From Balanoglossus misakiensis (lineage: Eukaryota > Animalia > Hemichordata), in contig CM082594.2 in assembly GCA_040954595.2 (NCBI GenBank), positions 2,837,319 to 2,901,318 of the forward strand: DNA of 64,000 nucleotides. Reading direction: 5' to 3'. Shown here piece by piece: positions 38,893 to 50,000 of this stretch (its first letter is position 1; each line of letters opens with the position of its first letter). The position numbers and the translations under genes are program-made. The notes beneath the pieces were generated by a model. The model was not told the DNA's origin, did no database searches, and saw only the letters and a list, made by a program, of their open reading frames with translations.

Positions 38893-39693
38893 GGCTGCAT
38901 TCACAAACACCTCTGGAGGGGGGGGCGGGAGAATTCAATTTTTTTTACCGCTAATTTTCACATGCCCCCCTTCCGAACTGCCAATATTTTCAAATCCCCC
39001 CTTCCGAACTGCCAAAATTTTGAAATCCCCCCCCCCCATTTTCTTTCACAGAGCAAAACACATCACCTATCTATCTTGTAAAAAGAAAAACAGCGCTCCC
39101 ATGAAAAGAATTTGAAACTGATGTTTCCCCTCATCAGTGGGTATTAAAACTGAACATTGTTTTTATTTTTTAAGTACATATATTTGTATTCTGTGTTGGG
39201 AGACATTGTAAACTGAGAATTGAAGGGGGTGGGTTTGGGAGGGGGTGTCCCCCTCCCACGTAAGAAAATTTTCTAAAATACAGAGCTCAAAGCTGCATTT
39301 TAATGAACCCAGCAAAAGCAAATTAACTCAACTACCGGTATGTTGGGGAGGACAAATTTAACCGTCGCCGCTCAAAGTTATCATGGGGTGGGGCAAGTCC
39401 CCTGACCTGGGACACTAGATAAACCAGTCAATGATTGAAAGGTGTTGATGAATGGAGGGGGTGGGTGTGGGAGGGGGTGTCCCCCTCCCACATTAGAAAA
39501 TTTTGTAAAATAAAGGGCGCGAAACTGCATTTTTGTGGACTCAAAATAAATATTTAGTCGTTAAAGTTTTCAAGTCCCCCCCTTTCAGTCCCTAAATTAT
39601 TTCAAATCCCCCCCCTTACATACCCTCAATTTTTTCAAATCCCCCCCCTCAATTCTCCCGCCCCCCCCTCCAGAGGTGTTTGTGAATGCAGCC
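38893..39693. mobile_element. PIF/Harbinger-type MITE (801 bp) inserted in Gypsy RT
   Basis: TIR GGCTGCATTCACAAACACCTCTGGA at both ends, TTA target duplication (38890-38892, 39694-39696); removal restores the frame YIDDIIIFSSSFEEH. Confidence 0.93.
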
Positions 39694-39696
39694 TTA

Positions 39697-42500
39697 GCAG
39701 CTCTTTTGAGGAGCATCTACAACACATTGATACTGTCCTAACCAGGTTACGTCAAGCTGGATTGAAATTAAAACCCAGCAAATGTCAATTTATGAGAAAG
39801 AGTGTCAAATTTTTGGGTCATATTATCAGTAAGGATGGAATTGCGGTTGACGAGAGTAAAGTAACAGCTGTTAAAGAATATCCCCGTCCTCATACTGTCA
39901 CACAGCTGAAATCATTTTTGGGGTTGGCCAATTATTATAGAAAGTTTATAAAGAATTTCTCGATCATTGCAAGGCCTCTGCATAAATTGTTGGGAAAGGA
40001 CACGAAATTTGAATGGGATGATCGATGCGAACATGCATTCGAGAAATTAAAACATGTCCTGTGTCAAGCACCAATTCTAGGGTATCCTGATATGAATGAA
40101 AATTTCACAATTTATACCGATAGTTCCACTCATGCCCTGGGGTTTGTTTTAGCTCAACGACAGAATGGTGTTGAACGAGTGATTTTATATGGGGGTCGAA
40201 GTTTAAACTGTCACAAAAGAAATTACTCAATTACAGAATTGGAAGCTTTGGCCGTCATTCATGCTATCCGACAATGTGATCACTATGTACGGAGCAACCA
40301 TGTCACTATAGTGACTGATCACTCCAATCTGACTTACATGTTTAAACAGAAAATACCAAGGGGGCGTATTGGCCGTTGGATAATGACCATGCAGCAGTAC
40401 GATTACGAAATTATCTATAGACCTGGTAAGAAACACATGAATGCTGACGGGTTGTCAAGGAGACCATATCAACAATGTGAGGGGTACAAGTCTGACGTCA
40501 CTGATTTAGAGCATGCGCCTGAAATGAATTACAAGCCTAACAGTCAGCCAATGGTAGATAAGTGTGTAAACACTGAGCCCATAAACTCACCTTGTATAAA
40601 TAATATACATACAGGGCAACAAACCGAACCTAGGGTTCATAATTCTGCTAATAGTGAGGACACATCTGGGTATGGGATTTTACTTAACAGTTCTAACGAC
40701 ACTTCTAACACTGACGTGGAGGAAAATGCTTCCAACACTGAAGTGGATAAAACATTCGACAGTGAGGTGCAATCACGAATGAAGGGAGAACAGAGAAAGG
40801 ATGATTATTTGAGTAAATTTCTTAATTATTTAGAGAATGATGAGTTACCAACTGATCAAAAGTTAGCTCGTAAATTTGTTAGTATGGCTCCAAATTATGA
40901 CATTGTTGACGGGGTTTTGTATCATTTTTGGAAACCCACGGGGAAATCAGCTAGTAAATTAGATTGTGTTAGACAGGTTGTGATACCTTATAAGTCATTA
41001 AGAAATTATGTTCTGCGGTGGGCTCATGATTGTGTTTTAGCGGGACATTTGGGATACACTAAAACGTTAGGAGTTTTAAGACAGAGGTATTTTTGGGAAA
41101 GGATGCCCCGGGATGTTAATATGTACGTAAAGACATGCGCACATTGTCACACACGAAAGAGAGCCACACCCCCTACTCATGCTAAGTTGTTACCTATTCC
41201 AGTATCAGGACCCTGGGACCGACTGGGTATGGATATTGTGGGACCCCTCCCTAGAACGTATGATGGTCATAAATACATCTTAGTACTTACTGATTACTTT
41301 ACTAAATTTCCACTAGCATATCCATTACGTAATGCACGAGCTGAGACAGTCGCTAAGATCTTGTTCGATGAAGTAATTGCTACTTATGGCAGCCCCAGAG
41401 TTTTGCTGAGTGATCAGGGATCGAATTTTTTATCCCAAGTAGTTCGTGAAACTTGCAAATTTTTCAACATCCAGAGGAAAGTTTCGACCCCTTATCGTCC
41501 ACAGACTAATGGCCTTACAGAGCGTTTCAATGGTTGCCTAGTCGACATGCTGTCCATGTTTGTCGATAGTAAACAGAAAGATTGGGATCGGTACCTAAGT
41601 TCAGTGCTTTTCGCTTATAGAGTTAGCCCTCAAGAGTCCAGTGGGTTCAGTCCTTATTATCTGTTATATGGTCGGCATCCCACATTGCCCATGGATGTTG
41701 AATTCCAGCTAGTTGAGGGGAGGACGAGAAATATAGATACACACCTTAAACATTTAGCTGCTAAAAGGGAGATAGCTCATAAAATCGCCAAAGAAAATAT
41801 AGATCGATATCAACAGAATATGAAGGACCGTTATGATCAAAATATCCAACGGTCACAAAATCTTAAAGTGGGGGATCCTGTATATTTATACACACCTTCT
41901 GTTAAACCAGGAGTTAATAAGAAATTCATACATAAGTGGACAGGTCCTTACATTATTTCTGAGAAGGTGGGTCCTGTTAATTATAAGTTGCGTTTCATAA
42001 ATAGCACCAGGAATTATCGTAAAATCATACATGTAAATAGACTAAAAAGAGCTTATTTGCGCCCCTCTGAGTTTGACTCATCCTCATCTGATGAGTCGTG
42101 TGAAGAAAACGATGTCCCAGAAACCACAAATTATGAAAATGGGACCGAAATATGTCAAAGTCCAGAAGCAGAAACATATGCAGAATCAGAAAATGGTTCT
42201 GATCAAATTGAGGGATTGAGAGATTTGTCGTCAAGGACAAATCCCAGTGCTTTCGATGAAACTGACAACAATGGAAATTGTCAGACTAATGCTTCTGAGC
42301 CATTTTACGATATAGACAATGTGTTAAAGGGTCGATATAGAAATGGGAAATTACAGTATTTGGTTAAGTGGAAGAATTATTCAAACAAACATAATACTTG
42401 GGAGGATGAAGACAATTTGAATGAAACTGCGAAAGAGTATTTGATGAGAAATCCTGTAAAGATACAAGGGAAACAGGTTATAGCACATTTGCACATTTAA
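39697..42500 (+). CDS. pol: Gypsy pol, 3' part (RT C-half, RNase H, integrase, GPY/F, chromodomain)
   Basis: FEEHLQHI...LKLKPSKC, FLGLANYYRKFI, IYTDSS, ELEALA, VTDH, ADGLSR, HHCC (AHDCVLAGHLG...CAHC), DDE (MDIVG, SDQG, TERFN), WTGPY, chromodomain YDIDNVLKGR...QYLVKWKNYSNKHNTWEDEDNL. Confidence 0.95.
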
Positions 42501-43518
42501 ATCTATGGACAGAGAAATATATGCGTAACAGAGAAAAAAAAAACGGAAAAGGGAGACACGTGGTTGATTGAAATGAATATTTGAATATGACTGAGAGGTA
42601 TGAGTGTTGGCCGGCCTGTATGAGTGAGTGTACGATTGGCGTGTCCCTTGATTCGTTTAATGTTACGTATAAGTTGTCGAATGACATTTTATTATCCGTT
42701 GGTTGCTGAGTTCAGTTGTAAGTGCTGTGCAACCTGGTTCCCGTGTCACTCTGTTTAAATGTGTTTATGTATTTGAGTTGTAAAGAAATTACCAGTGAAG
42801 TTTGAAGTTGCAGAGATTTTAACATTGGAGAAAAATGTTGTGAGTTGAATTTGCCGTTCGTTTGATGACCTAAAAATAGATGGTCCAATTTGTGTAAATA
42901 GCCCCTTTTAATGGCTATGTGTTTGTATAAAGAAACCAAAGAAAATCCCATTTTCGAATGAAGAAAATGCCATTTTCGAAGTTGTAAAGAGTGGATTTTT
43001 GACAAAACGCTAGGATGTTTCAGTTTTAATTTTTGAATTTGCCCGACATGACGTAACTCGAGAATAAGGAATGTCGGATGATCGTTCGATGTAAAAGAAT
43101 GCAAGAGTATTTCGTTTGAGTCAATAAGACAACAGATATTAAGATTGTGTTCAATGATGGATACAACGTTTTATGGGTTTACAGAAGGAGTTGCGATTTT
43201 ATTGTTTATATTAGTAGGTGGATATGTGTGCGAAGGTTTTATGAGCACATACTATTTTAAGTTTATATGTACTTTTATTCTGTAGTAATTTTTGTATTGT
43301 AATTTTGTAATTTTTCAAGACGATCACTTCATAGACATGACTCGATTTTTTCAAATATTTTACTTCAATTTTGTTATATATATTGTACTCTTACATTTCA
43401 AAATCATACGGTACATCTTAATATATTCTTGGGGTGGAATTGAACGATTACCCTTGGTGTACTGCTCTTTAAGAGATTTGTGTCCAATGCGGGACGCATT
43501 GGTTTAAAAGGAGGGGAG

Positions 43519-44047
43519 TGTTACGATCTGTATAAAGGTCAAATACGATTTCAAGGGTTAATTAATCCAGAGCTCGGAAATGTCAATGTTTGATAGTATT
43601 TGATTTTATGTATTTGAAGTAGATAGGGAGAGCGGGTGTTTAACTGACTGCTCTGATTCTCAATCATCACCGAACTGACTTTGTTATATAACACTTTATG
43701 TAAATTGGTACGTATAGAGTTGACTGATGTCCAATGAAATTGTAACACATTGTATTTGTGATATTTTACATTATTAACCACGCCTTGAGAAAAGTAATTA
43801 TAAGAGAACTTTGTTTCCAAAGTTAGGAGAAATAATCTAACGGGAGATGGGAGTACCTCAGGCTACTGAGTTCGTTCCCTTCCTCATGTACTTTACTGGG
43901 CGTATTTGATGTACTATATAATTCCGGACAATAAATGAACGTGAATCAGATACGTGTCTCCGTGGATCACTGTTCTCGTCAGAGCCCGATACCTCATCGC
44001 TACAGATTCCCCGATGCATGAACAATCATGAGAAACCAGCCGTAATA
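43519..44047 (+). repeat. 3' LTR of chromodomain Gypsy element
   Basis: Direct repeat of 35919-36447, preceded by polypurine tract AAAAGGAGGGGAG (43506-43518). Confidence 0.95.
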
Positions 44048-44268
44048 GTATGTATGTATGTATGTATGTATGTATGTATGTATGTACGCGGTCCGATATA
44101 AACTAGAGCAGAATATAAAGTAAGGGTAGCTGGAGAAACAATTGGCTACAACGTTAACGTTGTTTCGTGAGACACTGAACTCACTCATCAGGAAACATAA
44201 GTGGCGAAAACACAGGTAGAGATGTGGTTATTTGCATGTACGCAGATGTACGTTCTCAATTCTATCAG

Positions 44269-45681
44269 CTCCGTTGGCTGGCTGGATGAGGTGGAGTTTG
44301 TAGAAGAAGACGAAATTGTGCATGGAACCGTGTCATGGGGTCTGGACAGGATCGATCAAGCCAACCTGCATTTGGATAATATTTATCAATGATTGGTAAG
44401 GCTCAGATTTTTTCGCTCTCAATGTTTTTATAACTGCAGCAATTTTAAGATGTTGAACTGCTAAAAGGTTATTTATGTTTAGTACCGGATAACCATCTAT
44501 GCTATCCGGATATCACGGGACGTACTCTAATCCTGACTGCCAGATTCCATACCTTCAGGAACAGTCTAACCATGCTATTGAATTGACTATAGAGTATTCG
44601 TTTATTATTTCTTTGCCATAAACATAAATCATTATATGCTTCCAATAACTTTCATACTTCCAACAAAAAATAGAGAATTGTGGGTTAGAGACCAGGACAT
44701 GGCCGTAGAATTCCTACCGTGATATCATGGTCTGACATGCTGAAGAATAGTATTTTGCTTCGAATCGCATTGTTTCATGTGTATAATTTAATTTGTAGGT
44801 TCATGTGTGTGGTGATTGGAAGAAAAGTCAATGTGGCTTATATAAGGGCACTAGTGATGATTAAAGCCCCAGTATTTCTCGTGTGTATCCATTTTTCATC
44901 ATCGAAAAATGCCCGTTTTTCCCGTACATTCATCATGGAATACTGTTTGGGCAATTGTAGCTACGTGCAAGCTGTAAATATTGCCCGTAACACTTGAAAT
45001 GATGCGCGGGTTTGTTTACAACGGAAATGTTGTACATGTCGATCAGCAAACGTGCCACTTTGACATTTGATGGTCAGACCATTTTAGGATTTGATCTGGT
45101 TCCATCGACTGATTTCTCCCATAAAGTTATCTTCCCAAAATTTCGCCGAATTAGTGCGCATTTCTTCGCTGAGTCGCTTGATTTGGGGCGACCAAACCTC
45201 TTCCGCATAGATTCACATTTGAGTGCGCATGCGCACTAGTCACGTGTGTCAACAAAGCCTGACTTTCTGTCCGGACAGAAAGTCATTCTTCACTCGTTAT
45301 ATTGTAAATTGTATGAGTTTATGAGCAGAGCTGGGGATGATGACTGTTCGATTCAGTATCAATTATCATCTACTTTTAGAAATTATAGATGCCGTTTCAA
45401 ACAAAATTTTGCCCCTACGAGAAATACTGAGGCTTTAACCCTACTATAAGAGTTTACCAGGTTACCCTCATTAAATTAGGTCAATATAAATAATTAAACA
45501 AGGTTGAATATACCTAACCTTCAGGCCCCTTCCTCGGCTTCTCCCGTTTACAGGGGACGGTAGCGGAGTGAATGTTTTTGTTTTGGATACTGACATACGT
45601 TTCACTCACAACGAGTTTGGTAGAAGAGCACACCGATTTTACGACGCCTTCTCAGATGAAGAAGTCGAAAGTTGTACCTTG
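44269..45681 (+). pseudogene. Proteinase K/aqualysin-like subtilase (S8A) gene fragment, two exons, disabled
   Basis: Exon 44269-44395 reads LDEVEFVEEDEIVHGTVSWGLDRIDQANLHLDNIYQ* with a 4-nt duplication frameshift (TGGCTGGCTGG) and TGA. Exon 45554-~45681 reads GDGSGVNVFVLDTDIRFTHNEFGRRA, where the catalytic-Asp motif DTG has become DTD. No His or Ser catalytic exons or signal-peptide exon were found. Confidence 0.8.
44861..45438. mobile_element. Kolobok-like non-autonomous element
   Basis: TTAA-AGCCCCAGTATTTCTCGT ... ACGAGAAATACTGAGGCT-TTAA terminal inverted repeats. Confidence 0.8.
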
Positions 45682-46512
45682 GTACAGCAGTATGTACACG
45701 TTCAGATGAAAACATCGACAACAAATAGCATTATCTTACCGATGAAACGTGTGATTATAAAATCTCTTCTGAGCCAGCTTGTTCTGCTTCGGGTCTTGAT
45801 GGTCTTCCTGAAGTACACAGTAATACCCACATTTTACTACTCAGAGGTTCTATGGCAAGAAAAATGACTTCAAGTAAACTTCACTGCAGCGTTCAGGATA
45901 GCAAATGAGAGAGAGAGAGTACATGCACAGTGAAGGTGACACCAGGATGGCTGAATACTGACTGACTATAGTTTTATTCAAATCAACAATATAAATGGTG
46001 TCGTAGCGGTCTACTAGGCACTTGGAAATATAACTTTGGACGAAGATGCAGAAAGTTATACTGACATTTGAAATTCTATAAATAAAAAAAAACATCCGAA
46101 AAATTGCATCTCCCTACGAAAGACGGAAGTTTAAACTATCACACAAACATTTATACTCAGAAATCCTATACTCGACATTGATTTTAAAACATAAAATCTG
46201 TACTCGTTCACTTTCATCAAATTGTTAATTTTCTGCCAAGGAGACGAATTAGCACTAAAATTCTCTAAATGGTTTCTTACATAGCGAATATGCAAACCCT
46301 TCAAAGTTGACATTTTATTTAAAAAAAATGGTAGACATGCACTTTGTAAAACCTAAAACCTTAAAACCTTCTGACAGTATTTTTAATGTGTGAATTAACA
46401 GTCATATTCAAAGTGGGAAAATACCAAGATTATTGACATCTTTACCCGTGCAATAGCACCCCCCATGGAAATAATTTTGTTGGTAAAAGTAATAACATTA
46501 CATTTCTATATA

Positions 46513-46865
46513 TTAAAGGGACAAAGTCTCTCTCGCTGCCCTTTTTTCCATTAAATATATTTGATACAAGACAACATTTGTTATTCTACATGTGGATATA
46601 TAGTGAATGAACGTTCAACCCCACACAACTTCCATCCCGCTTGTAGACGGGAGAGTGAAAAAACTCGCCAAAATGAATAATCGTTCTTTACCATTTATTC
46701 ATTTTGGGCGAGTTTTTACTCTCATATCATACAAGTGAGATGGAAGTTTTGTGTGGTTGATCATTGATTCACTATATATCCACATTTACATTAACATAAA
46801 TGGTGTCTTGTATCAAACATAATTAATGGAAAAGGGGCAGCTGGAGAGAGACTTTGTCCCTTTAA
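46513..46865. mobile_element. Fully palindromic TTAA-flanked MITE (Kolobok-like)
   Basis: TTAA-AGGGACAAAGTCTCTCTC...GAGAGAGACTTTGTCCCT-TTAA; arms pair to the centre. Confidence 0.85.
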
Positions 46866-47062
46866 TACTTATAATGTTTCATATATATGTTGTATAATAT
46901 GGACATAACGATTGTGCCGACAGAATGAAGGATGCTTTTCTGGACGGGGTTAGTTTTTTTCTCCCATATAATCTTTGAAACGACAGCGAGCGGTATTTGA
47001 AACGGTTTTTGCATCGATGTTTGGATGAGGTGCATGGTGTTCAATTTCGTTCACTGAGTCGC

Positions 47063-50000
47063 CTATGGGCAGCCAGCTTCATCGCTACCGTCTGGACAGT
47101 CCTGGTAGACATCACAGCGCCAACTGGCATGAATGCAATGACCAGAGCTTTCACACTGCCACTGAGATGAGGTACACTGGTCTGAACCTAAACCCAAGAA
47201 AACATGATTGTAAAACATGGTTTCTGCTTCAGAATGAAAAATAAAAGTCTTATCTGGTCCATGTGAATCATACCGACACCCCATAAAACATTCAAATAAA
47301 CATAACATAACATAACAAAGCAAACAAAAGCAGACCTATTGTTTCACAATGTTTTGTTATTGCGTTCAGGCAGTGATCATGTTGTCCACAAGGCCCACTT
47401 AAACTCCTGTGGCTGTATCTGAACAACATTGGAAACTGTTAACACACAGGAGCACAAAAACGTACTAGCTGGCGATCATCCAAAAAGCACGTGTGCGATT
47501 GTTTATGGACACACCATCGTCACAGTTCCCACTGTCAAAATCGACTCTGCCAACAATATACATGTACATTAAATCAAACTAACCTAGAAATGCTTTAAAC
47601 AAATAATGACGCGGATTGTGTGTTTATAACCAGAAAAGTCGCACATGTGCAGTTCAGACGACACAGCCCCTCCAAGACTGTAGATGGCATGGGCATATAT
47701 GGCCTAGATGTAACAGTCTGGTCTTTAATGCAGGGTTCTACGTATATGTAAATGAAAAAACTTACTGCAGTGGGCTTCATCACTATTGTCGGTACAGTCG
47801 CTGAAATTATCACACTCCCAATTGGCTTGTATACACTGACCATTCGAACATTCATAGCCAAAACATGGACCTGGAAAATGGTTAGGAAACGGCGCATTAC
47901 CTTGGTGATTGTTTCAATACAGTCTGTTCTATTGGTATCTGCCGCATTAACACATACAACACTACAGATAACAGCGAAATTTAACAGCACATCACCCATC
48001 ACTCATGATAGAACGGTTACTCAGTAAATATAACCAGGGCCTAGGGAAGTTCTCGGCTTAGCAGATGAGCGAAGAATGGTCAGACAAAACCAAGCGACAT
48101 ACAAAAACAAGGAATATTTCATCGTCGTACTAGGGGGAGCACTTACAATAATATTCGTCGGTACCACCGGCACAGTGCTCGAAGTTATCACATACCCAGC
48201 TTGGAGTTATGCAAGCCCCGTCAGGACAGCGGAATTCTGGGTAACATTCATCTTGTGGAAAAACTTGAAAGAAAATAAAATATTTGTAGAAGTATCAGAT
48301 GAAAGAACTTGGATCCGCCACACTGTATTGGATATTCAGAAACGTCGTTCACTCTTTCGACTGGTGAAGTTATGTGGTCCCAAAATGACGACATACAAAC
48401 TATCAATACTACATATTCAGCAAGCGCGGAAGATCCTTATGCAACAATGTTGTATGCAAATGACAGAATCTAGCACACCTGCTGGCGCTCTGCTTATTTA
48501 CACTATATGTAATATGTTCGTATTTCCTTGTCAAGTCGGTGCTATCAGAACGTTTCAAATGTTCTGGCACTCTGGAAGAATTTTGTCATATGTTACACTA
48601 CACAATAAATGAGAGTATATCATTTAGCTCGTCTGCAGAATACCACAACACCTGCGGCATGTAGTCAACGTGAGATCCCCCCCCCATGAAATGGAATGCA
48701 CGCATGAGCTTATACGATTGGTTTGATTGAATACTCACCAACACACGACTGCTCGTCATCCCCATCTGGACAGTCATTTACCAGATCACACCGTTTCGAC
48801 ATCTGAATACACAATCCAGACTGGCATTGAAAATCCTGGCCGCATGGACCTGTGATTAATTGATTGATTTATGGATTGATTGGAAGGAATGTGAATAGGT
48901 GATAATACTACACTGATATGCATTCGCACTACCGGTAAATAAGAGAAACAGCTAGAACGAGGCACTAATAAAAATCAATTGGGCTGAAAACGAAGGAAAC
49001 ATCTGAAGATTATTAAATGAAATCAGTTACTTCATTGAGTGGCCATGGACTGTCGGATATTGGACATCATCTTTCAATCTACAAGTATTAACTTACAGAC
49101 TCAAATGATCAAAAACATTGATCCAGCCAATTTATTTCCATGTCAGGATTTGTTATAAATACATGTTTATGTATAAATATCTATAACATTCAATGGAGTT
49201 GTTTTGTTTAGCCGCTGGTGAACTTGTATTTTAAGGGCAATCTCTCTGGAAAGTCACTGAGGGCGCCGTTCCTGTACTTACAGTTTGCTTCATCACTACC
49301 GTCAGTGCAATCATCAAAGCCATCACATCGCCATTCAATTGGAACACATCTCTTGTTGTCACAAACAAAATCTGGGGCACAGCTTGCTGCGAACAGAACA
49401 TTCGTAAACAGGAGAGTCAAATATTCAGGGGGCATTACACGAAGTTTGGTCAATTCTGGTTGCCTTAAATAGGTTTTCACTTTGCGCTAGGGGTCACTTC
49501 ACATTGCATTTTGGGCGAAAAGTCGACAACCCACTGTAGTAAGAGATTATGGAAGAAATGATATGTTTACTGTATTTCGTGACTTCCTTTGGTCAAACAT
49601 GTCTGTCTTTGTAGTTACCATATTAAACTCATTAAACTTTTTTCACATTTTGTTATTTTTTCTGTTATAAAGTTTCAGAATGACCCATCATCACTTTAGC
49701 TTATTGACTCCCATTTCTTAAACATGGCAAAAGTCGGCCATCTTGAAATTGTGTCGACCATAAAAGATTTTCATCACTCACCTAGGTAGCTTAAAACCTA
49801 TTTAAGGAAGGGAGAATTCGAGTGACGTGTCCGTATTTTGACGACTTGTAGTAACCCATTTATCATACATGTTGCGAAAAATGCACCGAGATAAACGATT
49901 TCACGGCCAGAATTTTAAAGGTTTTGTAACAAAATACTCACTTATTTCTTGACAGGAGAACTGGAAGTGTGTTGTGCAAGGGATATCGTTCATCATAGCC

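Larger units (their letters stand above)
35919..44047 (+). mobile_element. Full-length Ty3/Gypsy LTR retrotransposon with integrase chromodomain
   Basis: Two 529-bp LTRs with about 3 differences by eye, PBS, PPT, gag-PR-RT-RH-IN-CHD domain order, and GTAT flanks on both sides (35915-35918, 44048-44051). Confidence 0.97.

Noticed and set aside
42712-43104. Antisense 130-aa ORF or env-like gene in the Gypsy 3' region
   Set aside because: Non-ATG start, no motifs, no TM or signal; all sense frames contain many stops.
48076-48612. 178-aa plus-strand ORF and similar antisense ORFs over 47000-55600
   Set aside because: Shadows of the minus-strand exons.
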